Shown here: positions 12,310 to 25,726 of the stretch, piece by piece
Numbering within the stretch: position 1 is the first letter of the stretch
How the letters are laid out: every line of letters begins with the position of its first letter
Source of the DNA: Octopus bimaculoides
Lineage: Eukaryota
Direction of reading: 5' to 3'
DNA: 64,000 nt
Assembly (NCBI RefSeq): GCF_001194135.2
Contig: NC_068997.1
Span: forward strand, 8,605,720-8,669,719
The notes under the pieces: generated by a model
What the model was told of the DNA's origin: nothing
The model's input: the letters and a program-made list of their open reading frames with translations, nothing else
The model's database searches: none
Translations under genes and position numbers: made by a program

Positions 12310-12590
12310 CAGATGAATCAATCCCAGTACTTTGTTTTACCAAACCACTAAGTTATGGGGATGTAAACAAACCAATACCAGTTGTCATGTAGTGGTGCAG
12401 GACAAACACAAAGACACATACACACACACACATATGATGGGCTTCTTTCAGTTTCTGCCTACCAAATCCACTCATGGGGCTTTGGTCAACCAAGGGTTAC
12501 AGTTGAAGATACTTGCCCAAGGTACCACGCACTGGGACTGAACCTTGAACTATATGGTTGAGAAACAAACTTCTTACCACACAGCTACTG
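12310..12590 (-). mobile_element. Family-A SINE, decayed
   Basis: Reverse complement of the A head (GGTTCAGTCCCA..CCTTGGGCAAGT) and the middle region. Confidence 0.8.
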
Positions 12591-12627
12591 AAATTTTCAT
12601 GAGAAGTGATTTTTCCTTTAATATTTA

Positions 12628-12846
12628 TAATGGGGTGCTGAAAAGTTCCTGGCTTTGGATAAAAGAAAATACAGGAAGATCAGTTGATTATAATTCTATT
12701 CAACATATTCCCCTCTCAGATTCACACACTTATTGCAGCGGTTTTTCAGTTATTCTAAGCCCTGTGGAAGAACTTGGAAGGTTGGGCCTCCAACCAGGCC
12801 TTTCGTAGTACCCTTAAAACCAGGAACTATTCAGCACCTCACTTGT
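12628..12846. mobile_element. Tc1/mariner-like MITE
   Basis: TIRs GGGGTGCTGAAAAGTTCCTGGCTT and CCAGGAACTATTCAGCACC; homologous to 41509-41725 and 45770-45987. Confidence 0.75.
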
Positions 12847-13089
12847 GTATACAGCTCTCCACAGGCACCACCTTAAGGGGTGCAGCAAGTTTCTTTTTCA
12901 CCCCCACCCCCAATCTTCATTGCCCCCACCTCCACCATGATATTTTTCTTTTGATATAGATTAGACAAATCCTGTTGCCATAACTTTGAAATATTAAAAA
13001 GTGATTGTTCTTATTAAAATTTTTAAAATTTTGTGCATACACCTGTGTGTTTATGCATATCTCTCTCTATATATATGTGTGTGTGTGTG

Positions 13090-13412
13090 TATGGCTGTGT
13101 GGTAAGAAGTTTGCTTCCTAACCACAAGGTTCCAAGTTCAGTCCCACTGTGTGGCACCTTGAACAAGTGTCTTCCATTATAGCACTGAGCTAACCACAAC
13201 CTTGTAAGTGAAGCTGGCTGACAGAAACTGAAAGAAGCTCATCACGTATGAGTGTGTGTCTTTGTGTTTGTCTCCCACCACTGACTTTGTGGTTTGACAA
13301 AAGAGACTGATAAAATAAGTACCAGTCTTAAAAGAAACAAGTCCTGGGATCAATTTGTTTCACTAAAGCCTTCAAGGCCCTGCTGCAGCAAGTAAAAGAT
13401 AAAAGATACGTT
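13090..13412 (+). mobile_element. Family-A SINE
   Basis: TGGCTGTGTGGTAAGAAG A-box region, GTTCAGTCCC B-box, CCTTGAACAAGTG CORE-like motif, and 3' tail. Confidence 0.8.
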
Positions 13413-13425
13413 CATATATATATAC

Positions 13426-13476
<51 letters not shown>

Positions 13477-15149
13477 NNNNNNNNNNNNNNNNNNNNNNNN
13501 NNNNNNNNNNNNNNNNNNNNNNNNNNNNNNNNNNNNNNNNNNNNNNNNNNNNNNNNNNNNNNNNNNNNNNNNNNNNNNNNNNNNNNNNNNNNNNNNNNNN
13601 NNNNNNNNNNNNNNNNNNNNNNNNNNNNNNNNNNNNNNNNNNNNNNNNNNNNNNNNNNNNNNNNNNNNNNNNNNNNNNNNNNNNNNNNNNNNNNNNNNNN
13701 NNNNNNNNNNNNNNNNNNNNNNNNNNNNNNNNNNNNNNNNNNNNNNNNNNNNNNNNNNNNNNNNNNNNNNNNNNNNNNNNNNNNNNNNNNNNNNNNNNNN
13801 NNNNNNNNNNNNNNNNNNNNNNNNNNNNNNNNNNNNNNNNNNNNNNNNNNNNNNNNNNNNNNNNNNNNNNNNNNNNNNNNNNNNNNNNNNNNNNNNNNNN
13901 NCCATTACATTTGGGCTTTTCACTCCTCTCTCTATTTGTCTTTTCCTTTCTTGTTTTAAATTATTACTACTTATAATTTGTGCATTAGTCTTTTTTCATT
14001 TTGAATGTAAGGTTGGTTAGTTTGTTGTTGGGTTTTTGTTTTTTGTTTTTTTTTTTTCAAATTTTTATTTTTGTTTTTCTTTTATAAGCATATGCAAATC
14101 TCATTGCGGTTGTTGTTGTTGTCTTTATTTTTCCGGCTATTTTACTACTCAAGAAAGATGTTGCTTTTCCTTTTTCCCTCATTTTTTTTTGTTTTTATTT
14201 TTATTCTTTTGCTAAACCACGTTTTCAAAGTTTGTTCATTTTTATTTTTTTAAAGTTTTTTTTTTTTGTTTCTATTCATTTTACTTTTTTTTTCTTTGAC
14301 TTAATGATAATAATTAGCTGTAGCATATTTCAAATATTGAACATGTAGCACAGTGGGATGTGAGTGGTGGAGTGTGAGGTGGCTGAGGAACCAAGGCAAA
14401 TTAAGCTATTAAAACTAGTCCTGTTTCTGTTGTTACTATTATTAATGTCATTTCTAACATTATCAACTCTTCTTGCAGCAGTTGATTCATTTCCTATATT
14501 TATTGATTTGCATTTAGTTTCTATGGAAACCTTTTGTTGAAATAGAAGCCGAAACACTTATTGTTAAAAGTTGCTGTAGAAAATGGTTCTGTTTTCAGCC
14601 ATTCTTCTACTGTTAGCTTCTGTCATAACCACACTGGATAATTTTGATAAATATGTGTGCTTTTGAACCATATTTCAATTGCATTCACACACATGCACAC
14701 ACACACTCACTCATATACACACATATTGTGCCTCACATACACACACATATTGTGTCTCACATACACACACACAAACAAACAAACAGTTGAGCTGTTTATT
14801 TATAGTTCTGTGAGAGCTTTCTTAATTTTAAGATAATTCCTTGTTCTTCGATTTTTCTCATTAATCCTGCTATTTCTTTTGTTACATGCATCATTCTCTC
14901 ATAACAGTGGCATATATTCTGTCATTCTTGGCTATACAGAGTCTGGAGATTTTTATCTCAAAAAGAAGGGCTTGCTTTCAAATTTGGGGAAAAAGCCAGC
15001 ATGTTTGAGGGCGGGACTAAGGTGATCAAACTGACCCCGGTAATTGACCGGTACTCATTTTATTGGCCCCAAAAAGATGAAAGGCAAAGTTCACCCTTGA
15101 AGCATTTGAACTTGGAATGTTTTTACGCATTTTGCTTGGTGTTCTCTCT

Positions 15150-15512
15150 TTACTCTTTTACTTGTTTCAGTCATTTGACTGCGGCCATGCTGGAGCACCG
15201 CCTTTAGTCGAGCAAATCGACCCCAGGACTTATTCTTTGTAAGCTTAGTACTTATTCTATCGGTCTCTTTTGCCGAACCGCTAAGTTACGGGGACGTAAA
15301 CACACCAGCATCAGTTGTCAAGNNNNNNNNNNCACATATATATATATATATATATACGACAGGCTTCTTTCAGTTTCCGTCTGCCAAATCCACTCACAAG
15401 GCTTTGGTCGGCTCGAGGCTATAGTAGAAGACACTTGCCCAAGGTGCCACACAGTGGGAATGAACCCGGAACCATGTGGTTGGTAAGCAAGCTACTTACC
15501 ACACAGCCACTA
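15150..15512 (-). mobile_element. Family-A SINE, young
   Basis: Near-identical to 31747-32136 and 41976-42385; CpGs retained; short gap inside the internal microsatellite. Confidence 0.9.
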
Positions 15513-15649
15513 ACAATTCTGCCAGCTTTCTGCATAATATGATATTAAAGGATTAATGCAAAAAGTTTAATACTCATTCATTGTATAACTTTCTGTCTTG
15601 TTTTAGAAAGTTCTTTACATTAAGAGGTTAATGTTATTATGTTCGAAAG

Positions 15650-15870
15650 GTGGTGAGCTAGCAGAAGCAGAAGCATTAGCACGCCGGATGAAATGCTTAG
15701 CGGTATTTCGTTTGTCTTTATGTTCTGAGTTCAAATTCCACCGGGGTCGACTTTGCCTTTCATCCTTTCGGGGGTTGATAAATTAAGTACCAGTTGCATA
15801 CTGGGGTCAATCTAATCGACTGCCCCCCCCTCCCCCAAAATTTCAGGGCTTGAGCCTAGAGTAGAAAAGA
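15650..15870 (+). mobile_element. Family-B SINE, near full length
   Basis: AAGGTGGTGAGCTAGCAGAA..GAGTTCAAATTCC..GTCGACTTTGCCTTTCATCCTTTCGGGG..TAAGTACCAG..GGGGTCAATCTAATCGAC..CCTAGAGTAGAAAAG. Confidence 0.88.
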
Positions 15871-15884
15871 ATATATACCTTTGA

Positions 15885-16107
15885 AACACTCCTTATTTAA
15901 ACCAGCTATATCTGACACAAGTATTTATGTTTTATGTTCAAACTGGCCAGATCTAGCCTCTCTTACCTACCCTACAATGTCATTCTAAAAATATACAATC
16001 AACATCATTGAAATTTCAAGGTTATGATATAATGCATGATTAATTCAAAATAATGTGAATAAATATGCATTACGTTTGACAGAATATGTGAATGCAAAAA
16101 GGGTTAA
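15885..16107. mobile_element. TTAA-type MITE family E
   Basis: Internal match to 39400-39626 in the opposite orientation; ends AAAAAGGGTTAA. Confidence 0.75.
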
Positions 16108-17613
16108 TCAGTGACACCAGAGAAGATCTATAATGTGGGAGGAAATACTGAAAAGAGAGGACTAGTTTTAATTCAAAGCTGGAACACGACTTTTGAGTGG
16201 TGGTGATGATGATGATGATGATGGTGATGATGCTTAAAAGAAACTATAATTGTAATACAAACTTTGTGGTTTTATGTAGTTGCCAGTTAACTTTCAAGTT
16301 AAAAATCATAAATTTTTTTAAAAATATATATAACTAAATAACTTATTTTATATGTGTGTGACTGTCTAGCTGTGTGTATATATATATATATATGTGTGTG
16401 TTTGTATGTATATATATATATTTACGCATGCACACACACAAACCTTATTTTAGCTTCTTTATAGTAAAAAGGAAAAGCATTTTTTCGTCACTAATTTCAG
16501 TTTCATTTCTTTAGAAATTCTGAAAAATTATTGAGGTCAAATGTTGTGATTGGATTAGCTGTCACTTAAGGGAGAAATAAAAAAAAAAATCCCCATTTGT
16601 TTCGTATCTTATTTAAATTTTTTTATTTTTTATTTTACACTGAATAGAATTTTTTGTTTTGCTTTTTACAACTGCTTTATTATTATTTTTTTTATTATTA
16701 TTTTTCTATACCATTTGGAGTTTTTATAAATCACATAACTTAAACACCTTCTTGAACTTTCCTTTGATAAATGCAATTTGAATGTTTTTTGTTTTTTTGT
16801 TTTTCTTGTAAATAATTATCAAAATCAAAAATTCTATGTAAATGCTGTCTTTGTGAATAACTAAAATTAGTTGATAGAAGAACATTTACTTCTTTGGAAG
16901 AGTGCGATGATGTTAAGAGAACTTAATTTTAGAATGAAAGAACATTACTGTAGCAAATTTATCCAAAATTTCTTCTCCTTATACTTTACTCACTTCTTCC
17001 TCTCGACTCTTCTCTCTCTTTTTTCTTTTGCTCTATTTCTCTTTTTCATCATCTTTCTCCCCCCCTCTCTCTCTCAATATATAAAAAGGATTTTAAACAT
17101 ATATACCTTTCTTTAATTTGTCTATTTCTTCTTTCTCTTTATCTCTCTTTCTCTCGTATAAAATAATTTTACAAAGTTTATAAAAAAAAGATTAAAAAAA
17201 TTACCTTCATCCATTAATATCTTCAATAATAACAAAAACAAAATGTGCCTGCCGGATTGGTTGTGTCACAAAGAAGCTTGCTTTGCAACTACAGGGTTCC
17301 AGGTTCAGTCCCACTGTTTGGCACCTTGGGCAAGTGTTTTCTACTATAACGCTGGGCTAACCAATGCCTTGTGAGTGAATTTGGTAAATCGAAACTGTAT
17401 GGAAGCCCATTGTGTATACAGGTGCATGTATGTCTTTGTGTTTGTTTATATCCGTGTGTAACTTAACAGTTTGGTACAAGAGTCCAACATATTATCCCTT
17501 CAGGGTTGATAAATTAAGTACCAGTTGAGTATTGAGGCCGATGTAGTTCACTGTTGATTGTAAAGATCCCCTTTCTTACACAAGAAATTTCCCATAACTA
17601 TTTTGGCAACTTA

Positions 17614-17646
<33 letters not shown>

Positions 17647-17967
17647 CATTATTATCATTATTATTATTATTAAAGCTGTTCCGCTGCCGTCGCCGTCGTC
17701 GCAAACTCCTCGCCTAATTTCTATGTAAATCGTTAGCAGGCTGGGTAAAGTGCTAAGAGGCATTTTGTCTATCTTTACTTTCTGAGTTCAAATTCTTCTG
17801 AAGTCGACTTTGCCTTTCATCCTCTTTGAGTTCGATAAAATAAATACCAGTTATACGCTGGGGTCAATGTAATCGACTTACCCACTTCCCTGAGATTGCT
17901 GATCTTGTGCCAAAACTTGAACCCATCAATCTGATCCTAGAGTCGCCAGACAACATCTGAAAGCCAC

Positions 17968-18199
17968 TTAACTCTTTCATTCCTGTATTCATTTTGAGAT
18001 GCTCTGTATTTCTTTCAATTGTTTTAAATATAACAAAGAATTTAATAAAATAACTTAGTTACCATTCAGCTAGTGTTAGGAACATAAATTGTGACTAAGG
18101 TTTGGTGGAAGATTTTGATTCAATACTTATGAAAAAACAAGACATTTTGTACTCAAGAGTCGGAGCCAGTTTCAGCCAGGTTGGTAACAAAAGGGTTAA
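17968..18199. mobile_element. TTAA-flanked MITE family F
   Basis: TTAA-CTCTTTCATT ... GTAACAAAAGGG-TTAA; reverse complement of 12081-12307. Confidence 0.82.
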
Positions 18200-19061
18200 T
18201 CACAGACATGGAATAGTTCACTTTAAAACATTTCTTTGCTCCCAGACTTTCATTCTAATTTCAAGATCTCTGACCAACTTTTGTCCTACTTTGCTCTCCT
18301 TTTCCACTCAAGAGAAATTAAAATTTTTAGTTTTATTTTTTTAAACACTGATTCGATATTGTTGTTATTAACTAAACTTGAGACAACATGCTTTTAATAT
18401 ATTGCACAGCTTAATAGATTGACAAACAGGACAAGTAACTGTACACTCATTCATACATACATACTTTCATACACACATACACATGTCCTCTTTGTCTGTC
18501 TGTCTGTCACTCTCTCTCTACTTTCTTTTTATAATCCTCATCAGCAGTATCACTGTGTCATCCGAAGTCAACAATAATTTTAAATTATTGTTTTAACCAA
18601 TGCCTCAAATGTTAGTTTCTGTTATTATTTTTATTGGCCCTTGTGGCAAATGAAAGAGTTTATTATTATTATTCCCTCCCCACATCCCTTCTTCAAAATT
18701 GTTAGCCAGCTGGTCTAAGTGGCATGATTGATAATTCTTTCTATAGCTTGTTTTTTTTTTCTTCTTTATTTTTTTCTTTTTTCTTTTCTTGTTATAAAGA
18801 TAAAAAAATAAATTTAGGATTGTTTTTATTATCATTTTAATGTCTGAGATTATACGCTCAGTTATTGGTTGAGAGCATGGCTGACACCTCTCACTCGAAA
18901 CAGTCTTCTTGACATTCCAGTCTAAAAAACAAAATGAGAGAGAGACAGGGAGAACAGGAGAGAGAGATAGAGAGTGAAAAATTACTTTGGGTTATTATTT
19001 CATTTTAACTTAAACAGGGGAGGAGGAGGAGGAGGTGACTGTGAGAAAGCAATTCAAATAT

Positions 19062-19290
19062 TTACTTCTTTATTGCCCGCAAGGGGCTAAACATAGAGGG
19101 GACAAACAAGGACAGACAAAGGGTTTAAGTCGATTACATCGACTCCAGTGTGTAACTGGTACTTATTTAATCGACCCCAAAAGGATGAGAGGCAAAGTTG
19201 ACCTCAGCAGGATTTGAACTCAGACCGTAGTAATGGTTAAAATACAGCTAAATGTTTCGTCCAGCATGCTAACCATTCTGCCAGTTCATC
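19062..19290 (-). mobile_element. Family-B SINE, B3 tail subfamily
   Basis: B core plus the tail rc(CCCTTTGTCTGTCCTTGTTTGTCCCCTCTATGTTTAGCCCCTTGCGGGCAATAAAG). Confidence 0.85.
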
Positions 19291-20401
19291 ATTTCTTTCT
19301 GCTATAGGCATAAGGCTTGAAATTGGGGGAGTGGGGAACCATGGTATGTTATATAAGTTACAAGGCCATGAATTCAGGGGTTGAAAAGCAGTTGATTTGA
19401 CTAATACTTATCTTATTGACCCTTGGAAGGATAGAGGGCGAATATGACATCTGTGGGACTTGAACTCAGTATATAAAGGGCCATAACTAAATATCACAAG
19501 GCATTTTGTGCAATGTTCTAGCAATTCTGTCAGTCAAACTTATATTTTTAGTTGGAGGACGAGAAAGTGTCTGAGACTGCCATTTGAAGCAGCAGCTGTT
19601 AATGGCCCAAAGGTGCCAAAGTAACTTAACTCTCACCAATTCCCTTTGGCAGAATAAATGAAAATAGGCACCGTGTGGAGGTACCTACTCTGGTTGTAAG
19701 AAATAGGCACACTGTATATTTAATGAATACTTTCTTACCTTAACCCGTCATGGTTCAGTGTAATAGATGTAGGTAGGGACCAGATGTAATAATAATGGTT
19801 CCTTGCTTCTTGGATTCAAGTCCTGTTTGTCAGCCTTTAATCATCAATATTGGAATTACTATTTCAGTGGAATCATGTCCATGGAATCTACATCATCATC
19901 ATCATAAATTTAACATCCTCTTCTCATTGCTTTTCATTGGTCAGACAGTTCATTGAGGCAGATTTTCTACAGTCAGGTACCCTTCCTTGGAGAAGCCTGT
20001 TGCTGTATTTTTCAGCATACAGGTTGATGTGGTATGTAGTGCAAACATGTAGTATAATTAATTAATCAAGCATCATTGCTCTCTTTTGAAATCTTGCTGC
20101 ATTTTACATAGAATTTTTGGTTCTTCAAAGTTGACCTACCTTTTTATTTTGGTCTGAAAAATTGATCTTGCATGCCAGAAAATATTGTATCTTAATTAAA
20201 GAACAAGCTCATTGAACAATGCCTCCACCACCACCACCACCATCACAAAAACTAAACTACAAAGGTGGGATGGTCACAACTGGAATGCGATTTAATCAGG
20301 GCTGACCTCTGATTAAGCAAACAAACCCTACAAATTTGTGACCTTGTAGCAGTCTAAAAAATATATTCTCTTTCACTTCAGCTGTCTGTCTCTCCCTCCC
20401 C

Positions 20402-20446
<45 letters not shown>

Positions 20447-21295
20447 AATGGTGTATAATTTGTTGTGACTTAACAAAAGCCTTCCCCCCCACCGCTGTCA
20501 CTTTAACCCACAACATATAAACCAGAGACATCAGTGGTTGCCATGGAATGGAGGGGACTGGCAGGGGAGTGGGAAGGAGATTGATTCACTTGCCTTTTTG
20601 AAGACATTTTTCCCCCCTTTTTGTATTACCACTTGATGATGACAGTGACGATGATGATGATGATGATAGTTGTCATATTAAGTGGTGGTGGTGGTGGTGG
20701 TGGTAGCAGTAGATGTTACTGTAAGAAATATTAGAAAATGCAATAATGAATGAAGAGAGAAAAATGTAATATGTATGTCTGTGTACATATACACACATAT
20801 ATATAATATAATATATATGACTGACTGCTTGTTAAAATAACACTAGCCAACTGCATAAAATAATAATGATGGTGATATATTTTATTTGCCACAGGGGCAT
20901 CAATAAAGGGAACATAGTAATAATTTCTTTTATTGGCCACAAGGAGTGATGGATGAAGAAACATTACAATGCTAGCAGCTTTTTATTTTTTGTTTTTTTA
21001 CCAGAATCAATTATGAAAATAAAGAAAAAGCCAACCAGAGAAAACTTGGGCTTCTATGTGGCCATATGGTTTGTTAGAAAATTGCACTCTCATTTCTCAG
21101 AAAAGAACACTTTGGATAATATAGTTTTTGGTTCTCTTGCACATTGGAAAAGGCAGTGGGGTCATGGCAGGAGTGCCTTTGATCACAAGTCTATTCAGTC
21201 AGAGCTGATTAGGGTTAAACGACAGCAGAGAAAAAGAATAATTAGAAAGAAAGCTATAGTGAAAGTAGCTTAAAATCTATTCTATCATTAACATT

Positions 21296-21935
21296 AAATA
21301 AGCTGGCAGAGTCATTAGCACGCCAGACTAAATGCTTAGCAGTATTTTGTCAATCTTGACATTCTGAGTTCAAATTCTGTCAGAGTCAGCTTTGCCTTTC
21401 ATCTTTTTGAGCGTTGATGAAATGAGTACCAGTTGAGCCCTGGGGGTTCAATGTAATGTGCCAAAATTTGAAACCAATATTGAGATGGTGAGCTGGCAGA
21501 GTGCTCCGTGGCATTTCTTCTCGTTTGGCATTCTGAGTTCAAGTGCCTTCGTCATTGATTTCGCCTTTCGCCCGCTTTTGGGGGGTGGGTTGGCGGGTGG
21601 TTGTTAGGAATAAAGTACCAGTCATATAATCAGCTTCTCCACTCTGCACCAAATTCCAGCCCTTGTGCTTATTAGTGGAAACATGGGGGAGGTGGATTGG
21701 CGGACATGCTAAAGCATCACACACACAAAAAAAATGCCTTGTGGTATTTATTCTGGCTCTTTGCATTCTGAGTTCAAATCCCTCTGAGGTCAACTTTGCC
21801 TCTCTTCCTTTCAGGGTCAGTAAAATACCATCCAAACATTGAAGCGGATGTAATTGACAAGAACTCCCTCCCCTCAAAAATATTTTAAAAAAATTTCAAA
21901 TACTGGCCTTGTGCCTAAATTCGGAACAATTTTTT
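21296..21935 (+). mobile_element. Three tandem decayed family-B SINEs
   Basis: Three successive TTCTGAGTTCAA..TTTGCC..AAGTACCAG cores. Confidence 0.75.
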
Positions 21936-22383
21936 TAATATCAGCTTTTCCTTCCTAGATTCATTATTCAAAATAATAATTAGTTTTTATTATTAATTTA
22001 TTTATTTATTCAGAATTCTTTACTGGCTCAGTTTTACACTTTAATGTTTCGCATATTGACAGAGAGAGAGAGTGGGTGGTGGGTGGGGAGAGGGGGACTT
22101 AGATTAAGAAATTTCATTCGATTTATCCATTGTTTGTTTGTTTGTTTTATTTCTTTTCTTTCTTTCATTCGTCTGTTCATTCTTTCATTCTTTTTATCTC
22201 TCTCTCTCTCTCTCACAGTAATTCTCTTGTCTTTGGTTTTTATGTATATCCAATCCAATATCGTCAGGTATTGATTTGTATATGCCTAAAATCTGGGTCA
22301 CTTACTGAATAACTATGAAAATTTCTGTCCATGATGAAGGAGCATTCCTTTTGCTAAGAAATAGACAAATGTACTCACTCATT

Positions 22384-22432
22384 GTAGTAGTAGTAGTAGT
22401 AGTAGTAGTTGTAGTTGTAGTAGTAGTAGTTG
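22384..22432. repeat. (GTA)n/(GTT)n microsatellite
   Basis: Direct trinucleotide run. Confidence 0.95.
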
Positions 22433-23294
22433 TTATATTCTATGCGCCCTCTCCTTCTCCCTTTCTTTCCCTGCTGCCCATCCCCTCTTGTTTTATGCAT
22501 CTCTTGTATTTTCCATTGACATAGTAGTTTTTCTTTTGTTTTCCTTTTGCGCTTTGTCACATTTTAGAATTGCAATGCTTTTCATTTCTGCAATGTATAA
22601 GTGATAGTATTATCAATGGTTTTATATACTTCCCTCCACACAAATGTGTATGTGTGTGTGTGTGTGTATGTGTGCACAAATAAATGATATATTTATGTTT
22701 GCAGTACATACATCATTCATGTGTATGATATATGTATGTGTGTATATATATGTATGTAGGCACAGCTTATATCTGATAGATTCTAAGTATCTAGTATATA
22801 TGTACTTAAATAAAGTGTAGCATCTATATGTTCATCATAAAGGCTTACACACACACACATTTTATCATTTTGATGGTAAAGTTATAGAAGCTACTGATAA
22901 TAAATATACTGACATTCTTTATATTACAAGACAGAATCTATAAAATATTTACTTTATTTATTTATTTATTTTTCACTAATATATACCATACTGGTCTTAG
23001 AGATTTATGTTGCAGCTTCTCTTGTTGTTCCTGTTTCTATATATAATATACTGACAGACCTAAACTTAATGTTGCCAAAGCCATGAGGTTAAAAAGTTTG
23101 CTTTCACAAGAACATAATTCTAGTTTTGATCCCATTGAACAACATTCTGGATGTTTTCTGCCATATGTTTGAATTAATCCTTGGTTTTGTAAGTGAAGTA
23201 GGTAGATGGGGTTTCAGTGGGTTCGACACCTCCCCCGACCCCACTGCACGGTACCTTGAGATGTCTTCTAGCAAAATATACTCTCTTACTCTTT

Positions 23295-23690
23295 GAATCT
23301 TTTACTTGTTTCAGTCATTTTTGACTGCGGCCATGCTGGAGCACCGCCTTTAGTCGAGAAAATTGACCCCAGGACTTATTCTTTGTAAGCCTAGTACTTA
23401 TTCTATCGATCCCTTTTGCCGAACCGCTGAGTTATGGGAACGTAAACACACCAACATCGGTTGTCAAGCGATGGTGGGGGGACAAACACAGACACACAAA
23501 CATATATATATATACACATATATACGACGGGCTTCTTTCAGTTTCCGTCTACCAAATCCACTCACGAGGCTTTGGTCGGCCCGAGGCTATAGTAGAAGAC
23601 ACTTGCCCAATGTGCCACGCAGTGGGACTGAACCCAGAACCATGTGGTTGGTAAGCAAGCTACTTACCACACAGCCACTCCTGCGCCTAT
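23295..23690 (-). mobile_element. Family-A SINE, young and full length
   Basis: Complete rc of AGGCGCAGGAGTGGCTGTGTGG..GGTTCAGTCCCACTGCGTGGCAC..GCTCCAGCATGGCCGCAGTCAAAAATGACTGAAACAAGTAAAAG. Confidence 0.92.
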
Positions 23691-24051
23691 GTGAAACCAA
23701 ATTTATGTGTTTCCACTTTGGTCCCACTGCATGGCACTTTGGGCAAGTGTCTCATTCCAGACTTGCTCTCCCTGTACAGTATCCTGGGGAAAGTTACTAA
23801 TTCCAGGTTCGGTCCCACTTCATGACATCTTGAGCAAGAGTGGAATTGGGTATAAAACACAGATTTCTTTTTGCCATAACCCAAGAGTTGTGAGGTGGGT
23901 TCAGACTTTAATCCCATAAAATTTCTCATACCATAATCTTGGCATTTTAAGTGAAATTGAGTAAACCCTTGAGATCATTGGTTCTCAGCTGGGGGTCTTA
24001 TATGGACCTTTGAGGGTTCATATAAGATTTTGTTGTTAAAATTTATCTGCA

Positions 24052-24600
24052 GTGGTAAGTAACTTGCTTATCAACCACATGGTTCTGGGTTCAGTCCCAC
24101 TGCGTGGCACCTTGGGCAAGTGTCTTCTGCTATAGTCTCAGGCTGACCAAATTCTTGAGTGGATTTGATAGATGGAAACTGAAAGAAATACCGGTGTTAG
24201 AATGGGGATAGCTGATGAAGGAGATGTTCTGTATGTGGCCTGTGTGTTTTCTGTACTCGTTTATCATTTTGTCTACACTTTGTTTGCAATGTCCTGTACC
24301 CATATATGCATCTATATATACAGGTAGATGTAAGTATGTACATACATGTACGTATATATGCATATAATCATTTATTATTTGTGTTACACACACACACACA
24401 CACACACGTTTGTGTTTGTCCCCCCTTCACTTGACAACCGATGCTGGAGTGTTTACGTCCCCATAACTTAGCAGTTTGGCAGAAGCTACTAATAGAATAA
24501 GTTCTAGGCTTACAAAGAATAAGTTCTGAGATTGATTTGTTCGACTAAAGGCAGTGCTCCAGCATGGCCGCAGTCAAATGACTGAAACAAATAAAAGAGT
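24052..24600 (+). mobile_element. Family-A SINE containing a roughly 150-bp foreign insert after GAAACTGAAAGAA
   Basis: A head 24052-24188, unrelated segment from about 24189 to 24340, microsatellite, then A body resumes at about 24410. Confidence 0.8.
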
Positions 24601-24908
24601 AAATTGGTTATATTTCTACAATGCACAAAATACCTGAGCAATGTTTTCAAATGCAATTCTTAATAATGTTCGATTATAAAGATATAGAATTTTAAAAATA
24701 TTGAATGGCTACGAGGATCCGTCCACCTGAGTCAATAAATGGTTGAGAGCCATGTCTCCATCCATGGATTGTTTGTCGTACTTCTCTTCTTACCTAGTTG
24801 TAAATCATTTAAAAACAGACTAAATGGAACAAGAGACACATAAGATGGAGAGTCATTGAAGAGGTCACAGGATGTGTGACAAATGATTTCTTAGACAAAA
24901 GAGAGAAC

Positions 24909-24945
<37 letters not shown>

Positions 24946-25513
24946 GTTTCAAATTTTGCCACAAGGGTAGCAATTTTGTGGGGAGGGGACGAGTCAATTA
25001 CATCAATCCCAGTCTTCAACTGGTGCTTATTTTATCGACCCCGAATGGATGAAAGGCAAAGTCAGTCTCAGCGGAATTTGAACTCAGAACGTAGAGGTGG
25101 TCAAAATAAGGAATAATAATAATAATGATACTGATAGAGGTAAAGTGAAGGCCAAGCATATAGTGCATGTGGTTAAATGGCTAAAATATGATCATCCCTA
25201 AATATACCAATAATTATAAGCAATTTTTAAAAATGTATTTTCTTTTCTTTTTATCTTTCTAGTTACCTGAGATGATTTGTAATTATTATAAAGCTGACAT
25301 AAGCTTCTGCTTTGGTTATTACTGGTAAGTTGATCTTTCTTTGTCTCTTATAGGAAAAAAAATAAATAAATGGTGTTACCTATGACCTCTGAGGTCAGTA
25401 TGGTCAATCTGGTTTATGTTCAGATTAAACATATGCAGCTTAAACTTGTTTTGGCTGTTCATGTCACACAGGGGAGTGCAATTCTGATATCAAAGAATTT
25501 CTGTGAAGTACTA

Positions 25514-25548
<35 letters not shown>

Positions 25549-25726
25549 CACGAGAGAGGCATGCGGTGATGGAAAGAGTGGGATTGGTGAGGTGTGGTTT
25601 ACTGCTGTTGTTTAACTCTATCAGGTCAACCTTGAGTAATCAAACCTGTGTTGAAAAGCATTCCAGCTGTGACCATCCCAACATTTTAACATTTTAACAT
25701 TTTGGATTACATTACCTTAATTGTCC

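Noticed and set aside
14400-14540. Hydrophobic signal-peptide-like plus frame (KLVLFLLLLLMSFLTLSTLLAA..)
   Set aside because: No start codon or splice support; T-rich composition explains it.
20881-20955. Apparent Hox/Cdx motif cluster (TTTTATTGGCC, CATCAATAAA, TGATGGATG), echoed at 18629-18655
   Set aside because: The words match the reverse-complemented B3 and B2 SINE tails (CTTTATTGCCCACAAGGGG..AACATAG), so they are more simply decayed SINE tails.
22073-22096. Four G-tracts (possible G-quadruplex)
   Set aside because: It lies in low-complexity sequence with no functional context.
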